A stretch of DNA of 64,000 nt, taken from NCBI GenBank assembly GCA_964188305.1, contig OZ076889.1; one strand, written 5' to 3'. The DNA comes from Podarcis bocagei (lineage: Eukaryota). Shown here piece by piece: positions 40,745-53,225 of this stretch (within the stretch, counting starts at the first letter, position 1; the number at the start of each line of letters is the position of its first letter). The position numbers were made by a program, and so were the translations under genes. The notes under the pieces were generated by a model. It had not been told where the DNA came from. It did no database searches and saw only the letters and a program-made list of their open reading frames with translations.

Positions 40745-41012
40745 GGCTTGGTTCACATGTCACATTAATGTTCAATGGCGCGTGCTGCTCAAAAGACAAC
40801 ACTTCACTCCTCCCAGCTACTTTCTTCAATGTGCCGTGGAAGCAACAAACCAGAGGCTGGCTAGCTTTCATGTGTGAACCAGGCCTCATGGTTTGTTTCT
40901 CTCTTGACAAACCATGATGGTAAGCCAATGAGACTTTTTCACCCGCATGTTGCTTGTTCATTTTAAACGAGCGTAATTTAAACTATGGCTTAAAGTGATG
41001 TGCAAACCAGTT
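40745..41012. mobile_element. Fold-back element related to 14268-14655
   Basis: tggttcacatgtcacattaa...ttaaagtgatgtgcaaacca inverted ends; central aacaaacca / tggtttgtt. Confidence 0.6.
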
Positions 41013-41570
41013 CAGAGTGTAGCGCATAGGAACAAAATTCTGTCAGGAAGAGTGCAAGAGAACTAACTGCAGTAAGACCAAGTGGGGGGAAATCAGCTAC
41101 ACAGCAGACACACAGGCAGCTCTTTTTCCTCCAGTGAGGCAATGCAGAGGGGCCAGTATTGATCTGTCTTCATTACCCATTTCACTCAAGTTCAAATCAG
41201 CAAAATACACTTTTCCACACCAGTGCCCTCTCTGCCACAGCAGACAAAAGAAAAGCAATTTCCTGCAGTTTGCTCCAAACTTGCTACTCCTTCCATGTAC
41301 CACCCCCCCCTTCTGCTACAAACATGTCTTCAGATTTCCTCCACAATCTTCCTTCAGAAATGGACGGTCTTGAGGAGAACGGCAAAAGAGAATCTAATGT
41401 TGCTTTCTAATCACCAGATTTTTTTCAATAGGCATGATCTTGTTGCAAAATTAGTCTCTGATACAGAATCTAGAAGATCTCTGAAATCCAAAACCATTCC
41501 AACTATAGACCTTCTGAAAAGTATTTAATCCATATGGTTGGAAATAAAACGTGGCCCAGCATAGAGCAAA

Positions 41571-41800
41571 TGCAGCATAGTGGTTAGAGTGCCAGGCTAA
41601 CATTGCATTGATCCAAGTTCAAATTCCCAGTCATGTGACTTACTTGGTGACATTTAGGCCAATCACATTCTCTTAGTTTAATCTATTTAACAGCACTGTT
41701 GTGGGGATAATATGGGGCAGGGAGAGTGGGGAGAAGAGAGAGGAAAATCCTTGCAAGACACCCCAATCTCTTTGGAGGAAAGGCGGGAATGAAATGTAAT
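41571..41800 (+). mobile_element. Squam/MIR-like tRNA-derived SINE
   Basis: A-box-like agcatagtggttagag, B-box-like gttcaaattcc, core gccaatcacattctct...gttgtggggata, tail tggaggaaaggcggga. Confidence 0.75.
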
Positions 41801-41801
41801 A

Positions 41802-42016
41802 CAGTGGAACTTCGTGTTACGGATGGGATCCATTCCGGAGGCCCGTCCGTAACATGGAATTGATGCAAACTAAAGCACCGCGTCTGTGCATGGGTGATTT
41901 AGCGCTTCTGCGCGAGCGGCGAAACTGGAAGTAACCCATTCCGGTACTTCCAGGTTGCCATGGGACGCAACACGAAAACACGTAACCTGAAGCGGACGCA
42001 ACATGAGGTATGACTG
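41802..42016. mobile_element. Tc1/mariner MITE inserted in the SINE tail
   Basis: TA|CAGTGGAACTTCG...GAGGTATGACTG|TA. Confidence 0.8.
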
Positions 42017-42259
42017 TAAGAAAATATATAAACAAACAAATAGAAAGTGGCAGCATAGTTACAGGGCTACAGCACTCAAAATGAAATCCTAACACAGAAG
42101 AAACTTATGTGTGTGAGGAAAAGCAGCTGAGGAAACCACCACTTAAATAATCAATACTGGCAATTTCACACCTATGTATTATGCTGCAAGAAGCTTACTA
42201 GGAACCTAGGGACAATTTAGCATTTCACTGCAAACATACAGCACAATATTATTACAGTA

Positions 42260-42600
42260 CTATTATTATTACAATTAATTACCTGCCCTTCACCCTAAGG
42301 TCCCTGGGCAGGTACAAGGATTATAACCCAACGTTATTATTAAAACACAATTATTACACAATATTAAATAGAGTTTAAAACAACATAAAATTATAGAAAG
42401 AAGGTGGGTCCAAAAATATACATCTCAAGTGTCAAAAGCCAGGGTAGTCTTCAGCATTTGCTGAAGGTGCCAAAAGCACCTCTGTGGGGAGCCCCACAAC
42501 TTTGGGGCTGCCACAGAGGATGCCCTCTCCCAGACTGCCACCGTCCAATATCTGAGGGCGCTGAACATTCAAAAGGGCCCCCTCTGCCACCAACTATACA
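42260..42600 (-). mobile_element. Degenerate L2-like 3' fragment
   Basis: ctgcccttcaccctaaggtccctgggcagg tail and ccacaactttggggctgccacagaggatgccct (reverse of RAxSVAAPKLW). Confidence 0.65.
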
Positions 42601-43306
42601 TGGTAGATGATGTAATAAGGAAATGGCTGACCTGGCAGCACACAGTGAGCTTCATGAATGACTATTCTGTCTACTAAATAAAGTAGAAATAATGGCTGAT
42701 AAAGGCACCATTAGATCACCTAGGTTAAATCAGAATACGTATTGTGGTAAGACTCGAGATAGCTAATATCTAATTGTTTCATGTCAGCTGGAGTAACACT
42801 ATCTTCAAAATGCTTCTTCAGGTCCACACGAATTTTGAATCTTTGTCTATAACCTGTTGAAACCCCAGCTGAAAAGTGACATTCACTTACAAGTACAGAG
42901 ACTGTTGCTACCAGGGCTGATCAAGAATGAATGGTCATTCAGTAACTTGAGCGGCCAAGTTATTAAACCTATCTATCATTACCTCAACACAAAGTTTCTA
43001 ACGACAAGCAGCAGTTTACCTTCTTGAAATCAAATACGTGTTCCTCTCCTGGACGGAATGTGATATTAAAAAAGAATTTAATTACAAAAAAGGAATCAAA
43101 GGAATTTTGTTTTAAGTCATCTGATGTCACACATGCTTGGATCTAGAACTAAGAATTGCATATTACTTCACAATGGAACCAAGAATCAATAAGATGGTGG
43201 CAACTTTTAAACCGTTACCCTAAATTACAGCCAAAGTGATTAGGCTTAGTTCTAGCACTTCATTCGGAAAACTGGAAGTTCTCTTTGAACATTTCAAATA
43301 TTGATA

Positions 43307-43529
43307 CAGTGGTACCTCTGGTTACGGAGGTCCGTTCTTAACCTGAAACTGTTCTTAACCTGAAGCACCACTTTAGCTAATGGGGCCTCCCGCTGCTGTT
43401 GCGCCGCCGCGCAATTTCTGTTCTCATCCTGAAGCAAAGTTCTTAACCCGAGGTACTATTTCTGAGTTAGCAGAGTCTGTAACCTGAAGCGTATGTAACC
43501 TGAAGCTTATGTAACCCGAGGTACCACTG
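43307..43529. mobile_element. Tc1/mariner MITE, close relative of 40106-40347 in the same orientation
   Basis: TA|CAGTGGTACCTCTGGTTA...TAACCCGAGGTACCACTG|TA. Confidence 0.92.
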
Positions 43530-43607
43530 TATCTTTATACTAGGGTGGAATTTTCAGGAGTGACTATTGGTCTGAACCTATGACTGTAGTTTACCCAATT
43601 GGAAATA

Positions 43608-43609
<2 letters not shown>

Positions 43610-43656
<47 letters not shown>
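43610..43656. repeat. (GA)n microsatellite
   Basis: About 23 units. Confidence 0.95.
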
Positions 43657-43661
<5 letters not shown>

Positions 43662-44629
43662 TGGGAAAACCATCAAGAAAGCAGTTAGGACACAGCTGAA
43701 AGTAATGTCATATAGAAGAAAGGCTCATGACTTCTCCACCTGACTGAGAAGTTGCCATCACTAAAATGATTTGTATTTGGCTTCAGAATTTTAAAATAAT
43801 CAAGAGAATTGCAATGGCAACTCTTAAATAGTCATACATTCAACATGCAATACATTTTATGGATTATGATTACTTTGATGCCTATTTAGGGTATGTTTTT
43901 ATTATTATTTTATAATAAATACATGATTTTTACTGTAATGTATTGGTTTTTTCAGATTTTATATTATGCTCTATGTTCTTAACCTTTTGTAAGTCACTTA
44001 GAGACTTTCTCATGTGGCAAATATTATTTTATTCAGTTTATAGAATAACAACAACAGTTCAGAAACCTTGCTACCAAAATGTGTGGTCATAAATCTAGCA
44101 GGCTTTGCATGGCTGCAAATCACCTGTGAGAAAAATGCCTTAACATCCATGTTTGTTCCAAATGACACAGAAACAACCAAACAACAATAAGGTATATTGT
44201 CTGAAATCACATCTCAGCAGCACACCTGAAAATGAACACAAGATAATCTGCCAGGTGAAGTTGAATGGAAGAAATGCTGCTGGTCCAGAGTTTGGACAAG
44301 ATGATCCTTAGGTTCCTTGAAGCTCTACAGTTCCATGCACAGTATTATTTTTGATTGATCTCTTCTAGCAAAACATTTATGCACACATTCAGAATGTTGC
44401 ATGGTCAATGGAACTTTACATTTTTAAAAGAGTTTGCACTTCACAGATTACTCATGCACATCTGAGAGAATGTTCCCTAAAAATTCTACACCAATAGCAT
44501 CATACACCGATTCAGTTATCTCATATTACTTCTGATATATCTGGCAACTTTTGGAGAGGTTGGGGTGGGGGGAGAGATTTTCTCCCCATCTCTGGTGGGA
44601 ATGCCTACAGGTTGTTTTTTTAAAAAAAT

Positions 44630-44834
44630 CGGTGTAGAGGTTAGGGTGTCAGACTAGGACCTAGGAGACCAGGGTTCAAATCCCTACTTGGCCATGATGA
44701 AGCTCACTGGGTGACCTTGGGCCAGTCAGTGCCTCTCAGCCTAATCTACCTCACAGGTTTCTGGGGGGGATTAAACGAGGAAGAGGAAAGCTCCTTGCAA
44801 AAAAAAAAGGAAAAAAAGTGGGATATAAATGCAA

Positions 44835-44890
<56 letters not shown>
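44630..44890 (+). mobile_element. Squam3-like tRNA-derived SINE with (AAT)n tail
   Basis: ggtgtagaggttagggtgtcagactaggac...gggttcaaatccc...ctgggtgaccttgggccagtc...ctacctcacagg; about 17 AAT units at 44835-44887. Confidence 0.85.
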
Positions 44891-44892
<2 letters not shown>

Positions 44893-46990
44893 TATCTGGA
44901 ATGTAGTTATTGCAGAAAAAAACAACACATTATGGGTCTCTAAGGGGCAGGAAGATCCTGGTCATTTCTATTTAGTATGGTGGGATTTTATTTTATATAG
45001 TTTAGTTCCCGGTTTACAGGTATCTCTCCCCCACACAGCCAAGAGAAGTAGGATTGTCATGATTTTAGATTGGGTGCTTTTATTTAATATGTTTAGGTTT
45101 TGTATGCCCTGTCTTTAGTTGGCTATAGTATTGAATGTTTTTGTTATTGTTTACATCTCTCTGTGGCTTCATAATAACTTGAAAACTAATGATTTTTTTA
45201 AAAAACAGACCATTCAGGCACGTTTATCTACATAGCTAGAATTTTAGGGGAGTAATTTCTGCACTTCTGGTCCACGCGGTCTCCAAAATACAGAGTAGCC
45301 TGAGTCTGCACTAGCTTCCCTCTAGTCTTCACAGCTGATAAGAGACCAGTCTGGGCCATGAAGACGGTTAAGCTTAGTGAGTCTTTCTAAAATGCACACA
45401 CTTTGTAAGACAAGAGCCCAGCCACAAGAATAAAAAGCTGCCATCTGGATGTGGCTCCAAAGACAGACTGATGAGTTAGGGTCCAGTAGGGGACAGAGGC
45501 CCCTGAAGTCAGGTGGCAGGCAGCCAGCTTAGTTCTGTTCATTAAAATTGCATTACAATACCAAATTAGGGCACAGAAAAACACCTTTTAAAAGGAGGTA
45601 AAAGTTAGTGAATTTGTTTGACTTAGCTTGCAGTCTTGATGTGGGCAAAATGTTGATTATTTGACATAACGCCATTCATTAAGATCAACAGTCAAAACAA
45701 AGTTTTGGCATTCCTTACTAATCACAATGTGTATACCTTGGTATAAGCGCAGTGCTAAAAAGCAGGCTATAGGAGACTAAGTCTCCTACCTGCCCGAAGA
45801 ACAGTCATAAGTGAGGGAGGGAAAGGGAGGGAGAGAGAGAGAGAGAAAGGGGGAAGGAGGAAAGGGAGAGAGAGATTTGAGAGCATTTTTACAGCCTGTT
45901 CTGGAACTATTTCCCTAGTGCTATCCTTCCCTCTCACTCCCAGCTACTGAGGAGGAAATCTATCAGTTCACTGCCAGTCCAGGATATGGTTACACTTTCA
46001 CTCCAAACTTGGAAATTGCTGCTTTCCTTTCTGTACCTAGCTGTGCAATTTGTTTAGTTTCAGTCCCTTATACCCTCCTTGTAAAGCAAACAAACAGAAA
46101 ATCCTTTCAGCTCAGTTCAGAGGCTACTAGACTGAGGGAAGCGCTCTGCTTTCTTTCTTTATGTGGGTAGGGAGAAAGGTTGGGAGGCAGCCACTGCAGC
46201 CCTGGCAAGCGAGTGGGAAAAAAGTGAAGTATGTGGTTTTTGCTTCCCCTAAAGGCAGGGAAGCATTCCTGCTCCACTTCAACTTTGCCATAGCGGGGCT
46301 CGTATGGAACTACAAATTCAGATTACTTTGACACATATTTTACAATCACCTCGGTGTACCCCATCACCAAGCCAGACCTTGGCCCAGGAATCTTGCTATA
46401 TACATTCTTCATTCTCACCCATATTCTCTACATCTGCACCCCACCCCCCATCCCGCCTGGAGAAACTCTCCTGGTCAATCTCATCCACACCATTCCAGTT
46501 AGATAAACTTCCTTTCAAAGTGAGTCTGCTTAATCCTGTATCTCCCCTCATTCAGATCCTCCTCCAGTTGTAATGCGGGGCATGAGGAGGGGAGAGAGGT
46601 TGCTGAGTTATGAGCTATTCCTGACTCATGTCTACAACTTTCACAAGTTCTTTTGCAACACAAAAGGTGGGGAGGGAGACAGGACGTCAGGCTCTGTTAA
46701 CTCTGAGAAAGCCAGCAGGACAGACAGAGGGGAGGCTGGGAAAGGGTGGACTAGGAAGGGGGAGAGAAAGGAGATTGAAAAACAAAGTGTGAGAGAGAAA
46801 ACAGACCATGAATGAGTGAGGGTGAAAGGGAAGATAAACAGGCAACGACAGAATGAGACTAGGTTAGAGAGACACAGCTACACAACACATACACACACTT
46901 CATAGTTACCAGGAAAAGAAACAGCAGGGGGAGAAAAACAATAAGAGAAAAATTCCAAAAGATGGGCATGTGTCTCTCTGTGTGTGTATT

Positions 46991-47006
46991 TGCACACGTG
47001 TGTGTG

Positions 47007-47042
<36 letters not shown>
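46991..47042. repeat. (TG)n-CGCG-(CA)n alternating purine-pyrimidine tract
   Basis: 52 bp of uninterrupted alternation. Confidence 0.9.
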
Positions 47043-47044
<2 letters not shown>

Positions 47045-50000
47045 TATATATAAACACATACACTAAAAAAAAAGAGGAGACACTCACAGATTACAGGAAT
47101 CTGACTTCACCCTTACTGCCTTTGTTCTTTCAAGATATTTTCCATTCAGTGACTGCATTTCCTTCCTGAAAAAGCTATTGGAAAAAGCTGGCTGTTGGCT
47201 CGAAAGAAGCCCTGATGAATTATTGCTGTTAATATCAGCAGTGATTTTGCCTTCTTCACTTTCAGTTAAACTCATTAATGGAGATGGCGGCCCGTCTGGT
47301 ACCTTCACAGAAGGGCTACTCCTTTCAGGGCAGGTGTTATAGAGGCCCGAGGGAAAGAGGAGGAGGTGGTGGTTTAGAAGAGAAGGAAAAATGTTTCAGG
47401 CCAGGTCTGGATTCCATCATATCCCACAAACTCCCTTAAGAGATGGCATTTTTATAGTGCATTTTCAAGACTGGAAAAGACCCATTAGGGCATAAAGACA
47501 GTCTCCCTGCCAATATAGGATTTTCCCCTATAGCCATCTGCCTTTTCTAAATTTACTGCATTTCAAGTAATGGTCTTCCATAGCCACTGTTCCAATATAG
47601 GAGGTGCTTGGGCCTAATCCAAAGCTTGTTGAAAAAACAATGAAGTCAGTGGAAAACTCCCAGCAGGGCTCCATTTAAAACTTCTTGGAATAAAGTAAAG
47701 TCACCTAATATATTGCCAGGAACTTACAGGCACTCCTGATAGAGAGAGATCAGAACATATAAGCAAAGCTATTTTGTGGAATGGATACTGTGAAAGCTTA
47801 GAACTGGTTCCAATGTTATTTTTCATTGATCAGGTTTGGAAAATTGGGGTGGAGAAGAGTCCAAAAGACCCTAACCTTCATTGCACTGTAATGGTTAGAG
47901 ATGCCGAAACCGACACATTAAACTGGTAAAATCCCCCAAAATGGCTTTAGTTTTGCTAATCCTAGTCCCATCTGGCTGTTCTGAAGATTAACATCTTCAA
48001 CAATATTTTAAGACATGAATAGGGGTGCTGGACATCAGATGAAGTCTTATTGCCTTCAGTGCCAACAATGGTGCCTTGAAGGTAAGTGAGCCTATACCAA
48101 TTCGATTTGATAGGTTTAGAAATAGGCAGCCAAGTGAAAAAATAAATGCAACAGACCTAGATAAGGAGAGCTTAAACACTCAAGATCAAACTGCAGGTAT
48201 GTGGTTCCAAACTAAATAGAATAAGTGAGAGGGGAACACAACAAGCAATATAATCCCCTTGCTTTATTCTAGACATATTTCAACAGAAAGAAAATGAGAA
48301 CAAACAGTGCTGAGACCACTGCATAGATTTGGCTCCCTGGGGTGTCCAGAAAAGCAGAAGGCAGCCTCCCACATCTCCATACTCTCATCCACTGGGTTTC
48401 CTCCATTTCCAGCAAACTGTGGAGGCAGTTCAGTTTGGTATAGGCGGGACCTTCAGCTCCAGGAGAGCACATACTAATTACTTTCCTTTGTTAATTAAAC
48501 CCACGTGGCTCTAATAAGGTAACCTGCTGTTCGCCGATAAATTTAATTAGCCTGAAGGGAGAACCCCTCCACACAGCTATTTAAAATTGTCACTTTCCAT
48601 TCACTTGGGCTTCCCCCCCTTCTCTTGCTGTTCCTCCTTTAGACCTGAATTTATGCTCATTTTGCAAGCCCTTTCATGTCCCAAACCTGCTGCCCTCAAT
48701 GGCATGTACATGTTCAATGACCTCCATCTTGGCAACATCTTTAGGGACATTCAAAGCTGAAAGCAGGACACTTTTATAGCTTTGCATCTGAAGAGCGGGC
48801 TTTGTGCTTCGGGTGTAACTTATTCAGAGTGTAACTAGGTGTTACAAGAAGCACAGAACTGCTGCCTCTCCACGTCTCTCTCACCCTCTTCCTCATAGTG
48901 TCTACATTAACACAATGTGTGATGTGATGTCATCATGCTATGCATTGCCCTTGTGTCATATCATTGGCTGTCATTTATCGGAGAGGGGCAGAGCACAACG
49001 TGACAACATAATGTCAAGCATGATAGGAAATGTTTTGAAGAAGAGTGGAAGAGAGACACGGAGCAACAAAAGATCTTTGAGTGCATCCAACATCTTTCTG
49101 AATCACACAGAATGAACAATAATCTGCAGCTCATGTTTTGAGCATTATATTGTGAGGGGGCAGGGCTTGCAAAGATATATATTTGATGGTCAATGTTCCA
49201 CTTCTGAGAAGGTTTCATTGATCAAAAGCCACGTATTCTTCTAAGGCCACCCTGCCCACCTTGTAGTTTTCAACATTTCTACAAATGACCAAAGACTACA
49301 CAGCATCATTTTCCATTATCCCAGACTAGATATTCAGGCAAAAGGGTCAGATTCCCACACCCCAACCACCATCTGTGTGTCTGGCTCCTACAGCCCCCTT
49401 ACTAGGCTAACACATCATTTTTTTAATCTATTAACTGGAAGCACTTCACGATTAATTATGTTGCCACGGACTCAGCTATGCTGACTCAAGCCCTCACCTG
49501 TTTCCTTTCACTGAAAGGCTTTGGCCTTACTTGGTCAAATATTAAAGTCCACATGGCTGCAAAATCAGCTTTTTGCCATCCAGTGGAATGTCTCTTTTTA
49601 ACACGTCTTATTTTAATGACTCTAACAAGGTTCAGCCAACATGCTTCCGTCTCTTCCTCCTTGTGCTTCACAACTGAATCTCTTTTAAAATTACTTCACT
49701 CATGAAGACACCATCTGAACCCTTGGTAACTTGCCAGCTCTCTTGGCTATCCTACACCATCCTTGTTGCTCTTACACCAACTTGACATCTTAGCAAGGTA
49801 GCTGCTATGTTTGGACCCCCTTTAAGAACACAACTTAAAACATAAGGTAGCATCTGACTTCCACACCTTCCAATGGCTAGTTTCGCCTGTGTATTCTTCT
49901 ACTCTGTATGCAGATGGCAGGTAGTTGTAGCATTCCTCAGATCTCTGTCATGCTCTGGCCATCTACACTGGACAGGGTTTGTCTGTTGGTGTTGTTTTTT

Positions 50001-52454
50001 TTTTGGGGGGGGGACATCTAGTTCTCTCTTTGCGTGGTATGGAGGCCCTTCTAAATGGATATCCCATATCGGCTCAACTGTCTCTCTCACTGGATTGTCA
50101 AGACAATTTCACACTGCCATGAGATGCAGAACGTTAATTGTCCAGATCTGTTTTTTGCACACTCCAATAGCTTCATGATGACTCTACAGCTGTCAAGAGG
50201 CATAGCCATCACTAAGATCCACAGGGCAGCAACCTGGTCCACAGGTTTGACTTTTGCTAAGCAGTACAAACTGGACATGAAGCAGCCTTCACAATTCCTG
50301 CCCTGAATGAGATCTCACAGCATTGCTGCCCATTTCCTCTTTACAATGAAAGAACAAAATATTCTCCCCTATGAGGGGTTGCACAGAATCCATGAGTAAG
50401 AAACAAATAATTGCTCACCTGTTATTTTTAAAAATAGGTATCATGTGCAGTCACACATCTTACCCTCCATCCAAACACTATGAAAATATCCAGAGGATCA
50501 TGACTATTTTTACTTGTCTTATAGGACCTCTCTGCAATGGTTAGGGGATGGGACTGAGCAGAAAGTAGTGACGGTGCCTGCTAACTTCATTTATGATCAG
50601 TTATTGAGGATGGGCAAGGGAGCCATTACTCCTGGTCTTCCTGAGCTTTCTATAAATTAATGCCTGTGGTATTGTGCTAGCACACTCTCATTTATGGGGC
50701 TACACAGAATCCAAGAATGCACTGATTATGGTGAGTGTATGACCTTTCATCTGGGGGACACATGCACCCAAATTCACTGACCAATATGAAATCAGGTAAT
50801 TACAGAGTGAATGGCAGTTGTGTCAGAACTGGATAAGTTATGACATCAGTGGTCTATTTAAAAAATCATTTAGCTTCTCACTCTCCAATTGAAATCACGA
50901 AGAAATAGTTAAGATGAAATAGTCTAGGATGGAATTATAACAGATAGGATCATCTAACTCAGAATTGTCAGGTCATTATTAGCTCCAGTCATGGTCTTAA
51001 GTAGAACTCTCTCTTGCTATCCAAGATCATTTAGCTGAAGATGGTGGGGGCTGAGCGCAGGATCTTATGCATGCAAAGTATATGCTCTGATATGGAGACT
51101 TCACTAACATGGTCACAGGGATATGCTTTAGCTAAATAGGAATCAATAGGGGAAGGGACGTAAACTTAGAGTGAGATCAAATAAAATGGTGGACAGATAT
51201 GACAGTCCGAAAGGATGAAGACAGCAAGGAAGTGGGTGGGCAAGCAAAGACAGGGTTGATTAACCCATTTGGCTATGTCTTTATTTTCTATTTAGATTGA
51301 TAAGATATACATAGTAAAAGATAACTAAACAGATCTTGTTTATAAAACATTAAAAAGTCAAAACATATTTAAATAAAAAGAAGAAAGAAAATAAGAAAAG
51401 AGTATGAGGGAAATTAAGCATAAAGTAACAATTGATCAGTATATATTGCTCAGCAGCCTGGTTAATTATGAGGCAAACCTGTTATTACAATTAAACAAAT
51501 GAAAATAAAGCATGAATATTTTGTGAATTTAAAATTATAAACTCAATTGTTCTGTGAGTTTACTGGGAGCACAGCCCTCCTTGCTTCTTTTATAAATAAG
51601 AAAGTTAGTAGTAAGAGGTTTATTCCCTTTTCATGCCACTACAGAATATATAGGAGTTTAGGAGATTTCCAATTAGCAGCTATTATTTGCCTCACTGTTG
51701 TCAAAAGGAAAGCTGTTGATTCCAGACTTTCTTTAACTATTCCCTTCATAGCAACTTTATAGCAAGATTTCCATAAACACTGCCACCATTTATGGCATCT
51801 CACTGACATGGCAACATCTCAAATGTGAAGTGTCCCAAATAAACAAATCCACAGGAGCAATAGGCAGTGGCCAATTTCCTTCTGAGCCTAATCAACTAGT
51901 GGTTCAAAGATGAGCCTAGATCATGTTTTGGCATGCTACCGTTCTGTTACTAAAGTGGGTTGAACAGTAGGAGCAAAACTGCACTCTGTGCCGGTGACAA
52001 GTGCTACAGATTGCCAGTCTGTCATGAAACAGTGCAACCTCACCTGAAAATGGAGTACATGTGGCCCATGTGGCTGTGTGAATCCAGTCCTTAAAGAAAA
52101 AGGCTCAAAGCCCAACCGTGCCATATCACATACTAATGCAGAATATTGGCAGGCGTTTAGTCCTCAGCAAGCTCGTCTACACCTTATTGTTTAACATTCT
52201 TTGTAGAACCTGGGAATGCTGCCATAGGTTCTTGCTACCCCAGAGCACTATGGCATCCAGCAACTCTGACGCTTTTCTCAGTACACTCTCCTCCAGACTC
52301 AAAACCTAAAAAAAGCTTCCAATAACACATCTGCTTCCACATATCAGAATCCAACTCACTGCTCTGAGCCACTTTAAACATCATATCCATAATGGGAATC
52401 AAACACACAGGTGTCTTAACCAAGTTCTGCCCAAATGGCTCTATCAGTCAAAAG

Positions 52455-52504
52455 TATGTATGTATGTATGTATGTATGTATGTATGCATGTATGTATGTA
52501 TGTA
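52455..52504. repeat. (TATG)n microsatellite
   Basis: About 12 units with one variant. Confidence 0.95.
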
Positions 52505-52791
52505 TTTACTGTCCTTCATCATAAGATCTCAGGGCAGTTCACAGAAGTTAATCTACAAGAATACAGATGCTACTCTCACTTCAAGTTCATAGAATCATAG
52601 AATACAATCCAGATGTTTCTGCCTTCCTCCGATATTAACTCTCAATGAATTAAATAATTTCAGCGCACTTCTCCAGAAGTACTCAACAAGTACAAAGTTC
52701 TATAAATGGTCAAGCCATATGACCTTGAATGACATCTTTAAATAGTTGTTTGGCTTGCTTTGGCAATGAAAAATTTAGTATGGGTGCCACA

Positions 52792-52793
<2 letters not shown>

Positions 52794-52825
<32 letters not shown>
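52794..52825. repeat. (CA)n microsatellite
   Basis: About 16 units. Confidence 0.95.
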
Positions 52826-52826
<1 letters not shown>

Positions 52827-53135
52827 AAGAATGTATTCAGTAGTGACAACCTCATCAATCAACTGACATGGAAGGTGGCCTACTAGGTAAATACCAGCTT
52901 GGAACATGGAACAAAAATTAAATTATCATCTGTGTAATGGAAACAACCATAGTGCAATACCTCCAAAGACCACAGTAACATTAGGTATATAAGGAATACT
53001 AATATATCTTAATACTATAGTATTTAAGGACCAAAAGTTTGTAATTCAGAGGATCAGCAGTGAGTTTTTTAAAATCACATCAGGAAGCATAGCTTTTCAG
53101 AGGCACTTTTTGCCAGAAAGCTCTTATCCTCTCAC

Positions 53136-53225
53136 CTGGACTGCTGGCTGCTTATTTTCATTGCTGCTGGGAGAAGTCAGCCCTGTTGCCTGTTGCAGAA
53201 GGAACTGCCGTGCTACCTGAAGAGC
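53136..53225 (-). CDS. FOXP4: FOXP4 coding exon A (most 5' exon found in the window): [30 protein letters not shown]
   Basis: 90 nt, phase 0/0; acceptor tccctccAG, donor CAG|GTGAGA; peptide matches the FOXP ALQxARQ exon with the FOXP4-type QFLLQQ. Confidence 0.95.

Noticed and set aside
47084-47308. 74-aa minus-strand ORF as a coding cassette exon of FOXP4
   Set aside because: It meets the GTGAGT donor in phase 2 while the flanking exons are phase 0, and the phase-0 frame has a TAA just before the donor. Kept only as a possible non-coding exon.
48329-48514. ORF containing LHFQQ, resembling the end of the first FOXP4 coding exon
   Set aside because: Wrong strand, lies downstream of exon A, and has no further similarity
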